Positions 1 through 7,822 of a stretch of 64,000 nucleotides of DNA are shown piece after piece. A model generated the notes under the pieces. It was given only the letters and a program-made list of their open reading frames with translations, was not told the origin of the DNA and ran no database searches. A program made the position numbers and the translations under genes. This DNA comes from an uncultured Candidatus Saccharibacteria bacterium (GTDB taxonomy: Bacteria > Patescibacteriota > Minisyncoccia > Phycocordibacterales > PALSA-1337). The DNA lies in NCBI GenBank assembly GCA_964357605.1, contig CAYHLX010000004.1, positions 1,081 to 65,080 of the forward strand, in the 5' to 3' direction. The first letter of the stretch is position 1. Each line of letters opens with the position of its first letter.

Positions 1-1
1 C

Positions 2-187
2 ATTTCAGCCGAGTTGAAAGTTACCGAAGCCCCTCCTAACGTTAAAGGTGATAGTGCCACCAGTGGAGGTAAGGTGATTACTTTAGAGACTGGTGCTACC
101 ATCACTGCTCCCCTATTCGTAAACGTTGGAGACATAATCAGGATCAATACCGAGACTGGAGAGTATCGAGAAAGAGTTGGAAAGTAA
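2..187 (+). CDS. efp: Elongation factor P, C-terminal fragment (5' end lies outside the window)
   Basis: Frame-2 translation ...[22 protein letters not shown] matches the EF-P C-terminus. Stop TAA at 185-187. Confidence 0.75.
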   Translation: MSAELKVTEAPPNVKGDSATSGGKVITLETGATITAPLFVNVGDIIRINTETGEYRERVGK

Positions 188-191
188 TAAC

Positions 192-222
192 AAAAAAAGC
201 CACCCTCGGGTGGCTTTTTTTG
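192..222. terminator. Rho-independent terminator, probably bidirectional between efp (+) and rpsR (-)
   Basis: GCCACCC-tcg-GGGTGGC hairpin flanked by an A-run upstream and a T7 run downstream. Confidence 0.6.
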
Positions 223-223
223 T

Positions 224-427
224 TTATCTGGCTACATATGGAAGTAATCCCATAAATCTAGCTCTTTTGACAGCTACTGCCAACTGTCTTTGGCTTTTAG
301 CACAGACACCAGTCTTCTTGCGACTGATCATACGACCATGAGGATTGAGAAACTTTTTCAAGATTTCGGTGTCCTTATAGTCTATCTGCTTAATATTGTT
401 TTGTGAAAAATAACACTGTTTGATCAT
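224..427 (-). CDS. rpsR: 30S ribosomal protein S18
   Basis: 67 aa with TGVCAKSQRQLAVAVKRARFMGLLPY, the S18 signature. Last gene of the rpsF-ssb-rpsR operon. Confidence 0.9.
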   Translation of the reverse strand: MIKQCYFSQNNIKQIDYKDTEILKKFLNPHGRMISRKKTGVCAKSQRQLAVAVKRARFMGLLPYVAR

Positions 428-444
428 AATAATTTTTAATTAAT

Positions 445-894
445 TTAGAATGGTATATCGTCTGGATTAATTTCCTCTTCTGGATACTCTATAGTATCAG
501 CTGGGACATCTTTACTATCATCTGCTGGGATTTCTCCCTTTGGAGCAGATGAGCCTCCGCTCGCTCCGGATCGAGGACCAAACTGGACTCTATCGGCGAC
601 GATTTCAGTTCTGTATTTTTTCTGTCCGTCCTTAGCATCCCAAGATCTAGTCTGCATTCTACCTTCTACTAACACGCTGGCTCCCTTTTTTAGATATTGA
701 GCTGCGGTCTCTGCCTGACGACCAAAAACAACTATATTGTGATAATCAGCTGCCTCCTGTTTGGCCCCGCTCTTATCTTTCCAAACACGATTGGTGGCTA
801 CCGCCATACTACAAACCTTGATTCCAGAAGGAAGAGCTTTGATCTCTGGATCTCTAGTAAGATTTCCTATAATGATTGCTTTGTTTAAATACAT
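445..894 (-). CDS. ssb: Single-stranded DNA-binding protein
   Basis: OB-fold N-terminus and an acidic C-terminal tail ending DDIPF. Confidence 0.9.
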   Translation of the reverse strand: MYLNKAIIIGNLTRDPEIKALPSGIKVCSMAVATNRVWKDKSGAKQEAADYHNIVVFGRQAETAAQYLKKGASVLVEGRMQTRSWDAKDGQKKYRTEIVADRVQFGPRSGASGGSSAPKGEIPADDSKDVPADTIEYPEEEINPDDIPF

Positions 895-923
895 AGTGAT
901 ATAAGGTTATGGATAATATAATA

Positions 924-1418
924 TTACGCCCCTTTCACCATGTCGTCTATGCTCTTGTCCATTTCTTCAATAGTCGCAGGAGTTGCAACCACTGCATCCA
1001 CAACTGGTACTCCTTCTGCAACAGCTTCTTCTCCTTTTACTAGAACTGCTGGGGCTTTCTTTCCGAGGTAAGTATTTTCCTTAACGGTATTGATGAGAAG
1101 CATTCGGAGCATGTCTTTGTTGAGTTCAAAAGACTTCTTTATTGCCTCTATATCACCTGATGGTAACTCAAACTTAAACCAACCAAAATACGCCTGATCA
1201 AATCGATGATTCTGTGAACCGATCTTTTTAACCATTGTGTAGGCCAGCGGTCTAAGCTCAGGTGCTTCTTCAGCAATAAAACTGGCTCCCTTCTTAGAAA
1301 GAACATCCTTAAGTAGAGTAACTGTTTCCGTTACTTTATCTAAAGGTATTGAAGATACTAGCAGATACCCTATTTCATATATCTTAAGGTCTGCCTCTCT
1401 TGATATGGTCTCTGTCAT
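924..1418 (-). CDS. rpsF: 30S ribosomal protein S6 with an extended C-terminus
   Basis: Position upstream of ssb-rpsR fits the canonical operon. The N-terminal ~100 aa are S6-like. Confidence 0.75.
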   Translation of the reverse strand: MTETISREADLKIYEIGYLLVSSIPLDKVTETVTLLKDVLSKKGASFIAEEAPELRPLAYTMVKKIGSQNHRFDQAYFGWFKFELPSGDIEAIKKSFELNKDMLRMLLINTVKENTYLGKKAPAVLVKGEEAVAEGVPVVDAVVATPATIEEMDKSIDDMVKGA

Positions 1419-1602
1419 TGTTATTTGATGAGCAGTAATCCGTTATGATCCTCTAGAAGGGACGAACGGAGCATGGCCGTGCAAGCCAGGACTACTCATT
1501 TATTAATTTGGTAAAATGCACGTGCACGTACATTATCACAATGACAGAAAAATACAAGTTGACGCCATGGTAAGTGGCATAGAAAACTGTAGCAGATCGG
1601 TG

Positions 1603-1644
1603 ATGAAGAAATACCTAAGAAATAATAAAATTTTGATAAAATTT
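1603..1644. repeat. Left arm of a perfect 42-bp inverted repeat bracketing tatD
   Basis: atgaagaaatacctaagaaataataaaattttgataaaattt is the exact reverse complement of 2482..2523. Confidence 0.9.
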
Positions 1645-1707
1645 GTAGTTGCACAACATAAATAGATACCGCGTCAATACCACTTTGGATGTGATATTAT
1701 GTTGTTT

Positions 1708-2481
1708 ATGAAATACATAGATATTCACTGCCACCTAAACTTTGAGGCTTTTGATATAGACCGAACTGAAGTTATTGCTCGCGCTCAGGAAAAAGAAGTG
1801 GGGATGATTGTGGTTGGTACAAACCTGGCCACCTCAGAAAAGGCTATGAAAATTGCAGAAGAAAATGAAAACGTCTGGGCGATTGTAGGATTACACCCCG
1901 TAGAAGTTCCTTGTGAAGTTTTTGATATTGAAAATTATAGAAAATTAACCAAAAGTAAAAAAGTTGTGGGTATCGGAGAATGTGGTTTTGACTATTTTAG
2001 ACAAGGGTATGAGTTGAGGGATAAACAAAGAGAAATATTTGAAGCTCATATCGCTCTAGCCAATGAAATTAGAAAACCTCTCATGCTTCATCTACGTAAT
2101 GGTCTTAACCCAGGAGAAAATGCTTACAAGGATGCTCTGGAAGTTTTGAAGCAACATGCTAAGGTGCCTGGCGACGCCCACTTCTTTGCGGGAAATTGGG
2201 AGGAAGGAAAACAATTTTTAGATCTCGGCTTCAGACTGTCTTTTACCGGAGTCATTACTTTTGCCAGAGATTATGATGAAGTAATCAGAAATACTCCTTT
2301 AAACATGATTATATCTGAGACTGATGCCCCTTACGTAACTCCAGCACCTCATCGTGGAGAAAGAAATGAACCGTCCTTTGTTATGGAAGTCGCCCACACA
2401 ATTTCTGCCATAAGGGGTGAATCTCAAGAAAAAATACTCCCTCATCTTATTGACAACGCCAAGAAACTATTTTCCATATAG
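1708..2481 (+). CDS. TatD-family metal-dependent DNase/hydrolase
   Basis: MKYIDIHCHLNF..., GECGFDY, and ETDAPY motifs. I chose the internal Met (MKYID) as the start. Confidence 0.85.
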   Translation: MKYIDIHCHLNFEAFDIDRTEVIARAQEKEVGMIVVGTNLATSEKAMKIAEENENVWAIVGLHPVEVPCEVFDIENYRKLTKSKKVVGIGECGFDYFRQGYELRDKQREIFEAHIALANEIRKPLMLHLRNGLNPGENAYKDALEVLKQHAKVPGDAHFFAGNWEEGKQFLDLGFRLSFTGVITFARDYDEVIRNTPLNMIISETDAPYVTPAPHRGERNEPSFVMEVAHTISAIRGESQEKILPHLIDNAKKLFSI

Positions 2482-2523
2482 AAATTTTATCAAAATTTTA
2501 TTATTTCTTAGGTATTTCTTCAT
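2482..2523. repeat. Right arm of the perfect 42-bp inverted repeat bracketing tatD
   Basis: Reverse complement of 1603..1644. Begins 1 nt after the tatD stop codon. Confidence 0.9.
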
Positions 2524-2548
2524 AACCACTATGCTATCTTCATTTATA

Positions 2549-2617
2549 GCCACCGATTCGGCATGTGACTGGACTTGTTATTCCAACTTCACGAGGGTTC
2601 GATTCCCTCCGGTGGCT
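2549..2617 (+). ncRNA. tRNA-like element (acceptor stem plus a canonical T-arm) with no recognisable D or anticodon arm
   Basis: GCCACCG (2549-2555) pairs with CGGTGGC (2610-2616). T-arm is GAGGG-TTCGATT-CCCTC, discriminator U. The central 37 nt form a GTGA/TCAC + TGGA/TCCA hairpin rather than a cloverleaf. Confidence 0.35.
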
Positions 2618-2712
2618 TATTTGACCAATATTTAAATTTTGTTATACTGACCGAGATGTAGGAATCTGCATCTGGAGCCCGCGGAAGTGATTAAACACTC
2701 CTCGGTGGCAAC

Positions 2713-2745
2713 AAAACACCGCTTCATGCGGTGTTTTGTTTTACT
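2713..2745. terminator. Rho-independent terminator (bidirectional)
   Basis: AAAACACCGC-ttcat-GCGGTGTTTT followed by a T-rich tail. Abuts the stop of the minus-strand methyltransferase. Confidence 0.6.
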
Positions 2746-3556
2746 TTTCCAAAATATAAAAGAAATATTTCCACTCTCTATTTTTAAAGGAATTATATAG
2801 GTCAGAACCCTTAATTCCTGAAAAATCTACGGAGACTTTCTGAAATATTTTTGGTACTAGTTTTTTAATTGTATTCATCCTACGTTCACTATCTTTATCA
2901 AGAGCACTTACAACATTCATCGTTATGTCCTCATCTTTCACAATCCTCATGCCAGAATTAAGCAAATCTGATTTAAGTTGCTCCATTTTTTCTACCACAC
3001 GATAATCTGTAATAAGTAAACATCCTTTAGGGCGAAGGACTCTTCTAACCTCCTTAAGAAATTGAGGAAAATCCTCATAATGATGGGAAGTTTCAACATT
3101 TATTACAACATCAAATGAATTATCTAGGAAAGGAAGATTATGTGCATCAGCAACAATGAAAGATAGATTTTGAATTGATTTATATTTATCCTTGTTAAAA
3201 GTAATGGATCTTTTTGTAATATCACTTCCAACAACTTTTTTAGGTGACAAATATCTAGCAATGTAAGAAGCCCCCCCACCGCGACCACACCCAATCTCAA
3301 GTATATCCTTACCATACACATCAATACTTGAGGCAATGTGATTATATAACTGTAACGAATACCTATCATTTTCATCTATAGTTTCTAGTGGTAAATTACT
3401 ACCATCGTCATAACCATAATTCATAGTCATGATTTCATTATTTTTATCAAGAACACCTACTATTGAATACCAGCTATTTGATAAAAGTTTATTTAGTGGT
3501 TTGTATTCATAAATACTCATGAATAAACTATCCAAAAAAGAAGTGATTATTTTCAT
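2741..3556 (-). CDS. Class I SAM-dependent methyltransferase
   Basis: Motif I LEIGCGRGGGASY, acidic DI post-motif, DVVINVETSHH. AT-rich relative to its neighbours. Confidence 0.7.
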   Translation of the reverse strand: MKIITSFLDSLFMSIYEYKPLNKLLSNSWYSIVGVLDKNNEIMTMNYGYDDGSNLPLETIDENDRYSLQLYNHIASSIDVYGKDILEIGCGRGGGASYIARYLSPKKVVGSDITKRSITFNKDKYKSIQNLSFIVADAHNLPFLDNSFDVVINVETSHHYEDFPQFLKEVRRVLRPKGCLLITDYRVVEKMEQLKSDLLNSGMRIVKDEDITMNVVSALDKDSERRMNTIKKLVPKIFQKVSVDFSGIKGSDLYNSFKNREWKYFFYILEK

Positions 3557-3570
3557 ATAATTATTATAAC

Positions 3571-5013
3571 TTACTTCCTCATAAACAAAGCCTCGGCAAT
3601 CTTGTTATCCTTCAAAGCCTGCGCTATTTTTTCTGAGGTTTGTGGCAAAATTGGTCTCAAGAGAAACTCTATTTCTGCAATCTGTGTTAGTAAATATGAG
3701 ATCTGCTCTTTCCCCTTCTGTTCATCTGTTTTAATAACTTTGAATGGTTGGTTATCCTGGATAAATTTATCCGCATGTTGAATACGCAACCAGATATCAT
3801 CACAAACTCTATTGATCTCAAATGAGGCATAAAACTCTTCATGGCGGGGATCTTTTTGTGGCACAAAGTTGTGATCAAGCCTGATCTCATTCGTCTCAGC
3901 CATTTTCATCACCCGACTCACGAGATTTCCAAGACCATTCGCGAGGTGCGCATTGTAGGATTCCTTAAACTTCTCCATCGTAAAGGGACTATCTTCGAAG
4001 GGGTGAACTTCTCGGAGAACAAAGTAGCGTAAGGCATCCGTACCGTATTCTTTGATGATCTCTAGGGGGTCCACGGTGTTCCCTATTGATTTGCTCATCT
4101 TGATACCACCTTCACCAGTCACAAAGCCATTAATTACTATTTGCCTTGAATTAGGTAGTCCAACAGACATAAGCATCGCTTGCCACATGGCTGACTGCTG
4201 TCTAAGATTGTCTTTACCGCAGTACTGAATCACTCCTCCAGTCTTTATCCACCATTTTTCAAATGATTTTTCATCCTTGGGCCAACCAATGTTAGAGATG
4301 TAGCTCACCAAAGCATCGAACCAAACATACATCACATGATTTGAGTCATCTGGAACTTCCACACCCCAAGACATTTTACTTTTCAAACGAGAGATACTAA
4401 AGTCGTTAAGCCCACCCTTTACAAAGGATTTTATTTCATTAAATCTAAAAGAAGGTACAACAAAATCAGGATTCTTTTCATAAAAATCTAGGAGAGGTTT
4501 TTGAAATTCACTAAATTTAAAAAAGTAATTTTCCTCCTCAATTTCCTCAATTACCAAGGATGGATGGATCGGACACTTTCCATCCACCAGTTCCGAATCA
4601 GTTTTTTCTAGCTCACACCCCACACAGTATTTGATTTTGTAATTTTTCTTGTAGATATAGCCGTTTTTCTTGCAGATCTTCCAAAACCCTTGAGCTGATT
4701 CTATATGTTTGGGGTCTGTAGTACGATGGAAGTGTACGTCAGAAGAAATACCGAGTAGATTCATCAAATTTTTAAATGTCAAAGAAACTTTATCTACAAA
4801 CTCTTGGGGTGGCAGACTGAGAGCTTTAGCATTTCTTTCAATCTTTGCCCCATGTTCGTCAGTGCCCATACCCAAAAACACTTCGTAACCATCTATTTTC
4901 TTTACTCGCGCGATCACGTCTGCTCTGATAAATTCCAAAGCATGGCCAATATGAGCCTCTGCATTCACATAAGGTAAAGTCGTGGTGATGTAAAAACTCT
5001 TATTTTCTGTCAT
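3571..5013 (-). CDS. metG: Methionyl-tRNA synthetase, minimal form without a C-terminal tRNA-binding domain
   Basis: HIGH motif (AHIGHALE), KMSKS, and Zn-knuckle cysteines CVGC...C. Confidence 0.9.
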   Translation of the reverse strand: MTENKSFYITTTLPYVNAEAHIGHALEFIRADVIARVKKIDGYEVFLGMGTDEHGAKIERNAKALSLPPQEFVDKVSLTFKNLMNLLGISSDVHFHRTTDPKHIESAQGFWKICKKNGYIYKKNYKIKYCVGCELEKTDSELVDGKCPIHPSLVIEEIEEENYFFKFSEFQKPLLDFYEKNPDFVVPSFRFNEIKSFVKGGLNDFSISRLKSKMSWGVEVPDDSNHVMYVWFDALVSYISNIGWPKDEKSFEKWWIKTGGVIQYCGKDNLRQQSAMWQAMLMSVGLPNSRQIVINGFVTGEGGIKMSKSIGNTVDPLEIIKEYGTDALRYFVLREVHPFEDSPFTMEKFKESYNAHLANGLGNLVSRVMKMAETNEIRLDHNFVPQKDPRHEEFYASFEINRVCDDIWLRIQHADKFIQDNQPFKVIKTDEQKGKEQISYLLTQIAEIEFLLRPILPQTSEKIAQALKDNKIAEALFMRK

Positions 5014-5034
5014 GGACTAAGTATATCATCAGGC

Positions 5035-6309
5035 CTATTTTTTAAAAGTTAAAAGAGATTTCAACTTTTTTTCATCTTTATTGGGACCAATCACCGCCAA
5101 ATTTAGATTTTTATCAACAAATATTTCCTGAGCTAATTTTTGTATTTCGCGAGCGGTCACCTTCTCTGTTTCGGTGATCACCTCTTCGGGCAACCTAATC
5201 TTTCCCTTGAGAATCTCTTGGAATCCGGCAAATTCGGCCTGAGCATCAGAGGTTTCCAGATCCAACATTGTCGTACCAGCCAGATAATCTTTGGCTTTTC
5301 TCAACTCTTTTTCAGAAATTATTTCTTCTTTAAGTCTATTCAACTCTGACAGAATCGTAGAGATTGCGATTTCCAATCTCTTGTTATCAACTCCCGCAGA
5401 AATAGTTAGATCACCATGATCGGTATTAGGATTATGCGAAGCTCTGATGTAATAGCAGATTCCTAGCTCATCTCTCATTTTTGAGAAAAGACGTGAGCTC
5501 ATCCCCTTTCCCAAGATCGTCGTCAACATCCTCATGGTCGGAATTCTCGGATCGAGAATGGGAAAAGTTCGGAGGCCAATCACCAAATGGCTTTGATCGG
5601 TCTCTTTATAAACCACCTTTAGTTCTGGTTTCGTTTGAGATTCTTGAACGGCGACTTTTTTAGCTTTTGGCTGACGAGGAATATCCTTGAAAATTTGTTC
5701 TACCTTCTTTGTGACTTCTTTTTCGTCAATAGAACCAGAGACAATGACCGTCGTAGCTTCGGCCACATAATGTTGGTCTTTATAAGCTACAAAATGCTCT
5801 CGACCAAATTTCCTAATATTTTCTTCTGGACCAGTCACACTCCAACCGGCTGGTTGGTCTGGGAACATAAGTTCACCTAGCACATCCTGAACATGTTGCT
5901 GAGGTAGATCATTGTACATTTTTATTTCTTCAATAATCACTCCCTTTTCTTTATTTATTTCTGCTTCATCAAAAAGAGGGTTCTGATACATGTCAGAAAC
6001 AATATCCAAAGCTGTATCTAAATGCTTAGGATCCACTTTAGCATAATAGCCAGTATATTCCTGTGAGGTGAAAGCATTGTATTGGGCCCCGAGACTATCC
6101 AATTCTCTGGAAAGATCACTCGCTTTTGGTCTTCTGGGAGTGCCTTTAAATATGACGTGCTCTAGAAAATGCGACAGGCCATTGATCTCTTTCGTCTCGT
6201 ACTTTGAGCCCGCTTCAACCATGACCAAAACGGTCACGGCGGGATTATCCTGCATGGGTACGGTAATAACTCTTAGGCCATTTTTTAGAACGGTTTTGGT
6301 AAATTTCAT
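5035..6309 (-). CDS. M16-family zinc peptidase (insulinase-like)
   Basis: Inverted zinc motif HFLEH...E. Confidence 0.8.
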   Translation of the reverse strand: MKFTKTVLKNGLRVITVPMQDNPAVTVLVMVEAGSKYETKEINGLSHFLEHVIFKGTPRRPKASDLSRELDSLGAQYNAFTSQEYTGYYAKVDPKHLDTALDIVSDMYQNPLFDEAEINKEKGVIIEEIKMYNDLPQQHVQDVLGELMFPDQPAGWSVTGPEENIRKFGREHFVAYKDQHYVAEATTVIVSGSIDEKEVTKKVEQIFKDIPRQPKAKKVAVQESQTKPELKVVYKETDQSHLVIGLRTFPILDPRIPTMRMLTTILGKGMSSRLFSKMRDELGICYYIRASHNPNTDHGDLTISAGVDNKRLEIAISTILSELNRLKEEIISEKELRKAKDYLAGTTMLDLETSDAQAEFAGFQEILKGKIRLPEEVITETEKVTAREIQKLAQEIFVDKNLNLAVIGPNKDEKKLKSLLTFKK

Positions 6310-7635
6310 TTAGTTTATTTTTGCTTTCAAAAATTGAACTAGATTATCTAGAGAGATTCTTTCCTGTTTTCCTGTATCTCGATCACGGACAGTCACGCCC
6401 TCACCTTTTTCTACGGTCTCAAAATCAATAGTCACACAGAATGGTGTACCAATCTCGTCCTGTCGGCGATAGCGCTTGCCAATGTTACCGTTGTCGTCGA
6501 AAGTTACGGCACCAAATTCTTTCTTTAGTAGTAGATAAATCTCTTTAGCTTTTTCTACAAGTTGAGGTTTATTTTTAAGCAGAGGAAATACAGAGATCTT
6601 TGTCGGAGCTACTTTTGGTGAAAGTTTAAGATAAACTCTCTTTTCTCCATCTACCTCATCTTCGGTGTAGGCATCGGAAAGTACAGCCAGGATAGTACGA
6701 TCAAGACCGAAAGACGGCTCTATACAGTGAGGAATGAATCTTTCTTTGGTTTCTTCATCATAATATGAAAGGTCTACTTTGCTAAATTCAGAATGCTGTT
6801 TTAGATCAAAGTCTGTTCTGTAGGCTAGGCCGTAGAGCTCTTTTCTGCCAAATGGGAAATCAAATTCAAAATCAATCGTCCTTTTTGAGTAGTGAGCCAA
6901 TGAATCAGCCTCAATTTCTAATTCATGAACGTGTTTTTTATTTAACCCAATGTCTGCTGTATAGTTGTGCACTTCTTTTACAAAATGCTCAAATGTTTCC
7001 TTCCAATCTTTTGGATTTACAAAATATTCAATTTCCATTTGCTCAAACTCTCTCGCACGAAATAGAAAATCTCGTGGAGCAATCTCGTTCCTAAAAGCCT
7101 TCCCTATTTGGGCCATGCCAAACGGAAGTTTAGGATGAAATGTATCTAGAATGTTTTTAAAATTTACAAACATGCCCTGGGCCGTTTCCGGTCGAAGATA
7201 TGATACGGATGCAGAGTCAGTACTTGCTCCCACATGAGTTTTGAACATCATGTTGAATTGCTGTGCTTCACCAAGTTGTCCTCCACAATCTAGACATTTT
7301 TTTGTATCAACGAGTTGATCTGCACGAAAACGATGTTTACACTTTTTGCATTCAATCATCGGGTCAGCAAATCCGCCTACATGTCCACTTGCCTCCCATG
7401 TTTTTTGATTCATGAGTATGGCCGCATCAACGGCATACATATCGTCGCGATCATCTACAAAACGCTTCCACCACAATTTCCTGACATTATTTTTTAGCGC
7501 AACACCTAGAGGACCGTAGTCCCAAGTCCCAGCTAATCCGCCGTAAATCTCCGAACCCTGGAAAATAAAGCCGCGACGCTTGCATAGAGTTATGATGTTT
7601 TCCATCACCTTTGAGTTTTCCTCACTTTTTGACAT
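6310..7635 (-). CDS. glyQS: Glycyl-tRNA synthetase (class II, alpha2 type)
   Basis: 441 aa. N-terminus ...CKRRGFIFQGSEIYGG... and class II motifs. Confidence 0.9.
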   Translation of the reverse strand: MSKSEENSKVMENIITLCKRRGFIFQGSEIYGGLAGTWDYGPLGVALKNNVRKLWWKRFVDDRDDMYAVDAAILMNQKTWEASGHVGGFADPMIECKKCKHRFRADQLVDTKKCLDCGGQLGEAQQFNMMFKTHVGASTDSASVSYLRPETAQGMFVNFKNILDTFHPKLPFGMAQIGKAFRNEIAPRDFLFRAREFEQMEIEYFVNPKDWKETFEHFVKEVHNYTADIGLNKKHVHELEIEADSLAHYSKRTIDFEFDFPFGRKELYGLAYRTDFDLKQHSEFSKVDLSYYDEETKERFIPHCIEPSFGLDRTILAVLSDAYTEDEVDGEKRVYLKLSPKVAPTKISVFPLLKNKPQLVEKAKEIYLLLKKEFGAVTFDDNGNIGKRYRRQDEIGTPFCVTIDFETVEKGEGVTVRDRDTGKQERISLDNLVQFLKAKIN

Positions 7636-7822
7636 GAGATGATTCTACACCGAATGCACTAAAGTTGGAAGGACTTGACGAGATATGCATTTCCTTGACT
7701 TTTCAGAAATAGATTTGCTACAATGATCGCATTGACAAAGAGGAGCGAGATCGTGATATTAAGCTCAAGAAAAAAGATCGGTTGACCCGGTCTTTTTTCT
7801 TTTATATTTTTATAGAAAATAC

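Noticed and set aside
1419-1600. S6:S18 autoregulatory leader RNA upstream of rpsF
   Set aside because: I could not recognise the conserved motif by eye, and the region overlaps the left inverted repeat. It is left uncalled. A covariance-model scan (Rfam rpsF leader) would settle it.
2417-2635. ORF 2417..2635 (+) spanning the right inverted repeat and the tRNA-like element
   Set aside because: It overlaps the tatD 3' end, a perfect repeat arm and a structured RNA-like element. There is no RBS and its composition is low-complexity.
2549-2745. tmRNA (ssrA), standard or circularly permuted, as an explanation for the tRNA-like element
   Set aside because: The acceptor 5' strand and the T-arm/3' strand are only 37 nt apart and in standard order. 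No tag-peptide reading frame, pseudoknots or GGAUUCGAC-type D-analog are visible. A permuted gene would have the T-arm and CCA end upstream of the 5' strand.
7636-7822. T-box riboswitch upstream of glyQS, also checked upstream of argS at 15557..15794
   Set aside because: No AGGGTGGNACCGCG T-box sequence is present on the sense strand. The partial match near 15745 (GGGTGGGAGATCG) lacks the ACCGCG half.
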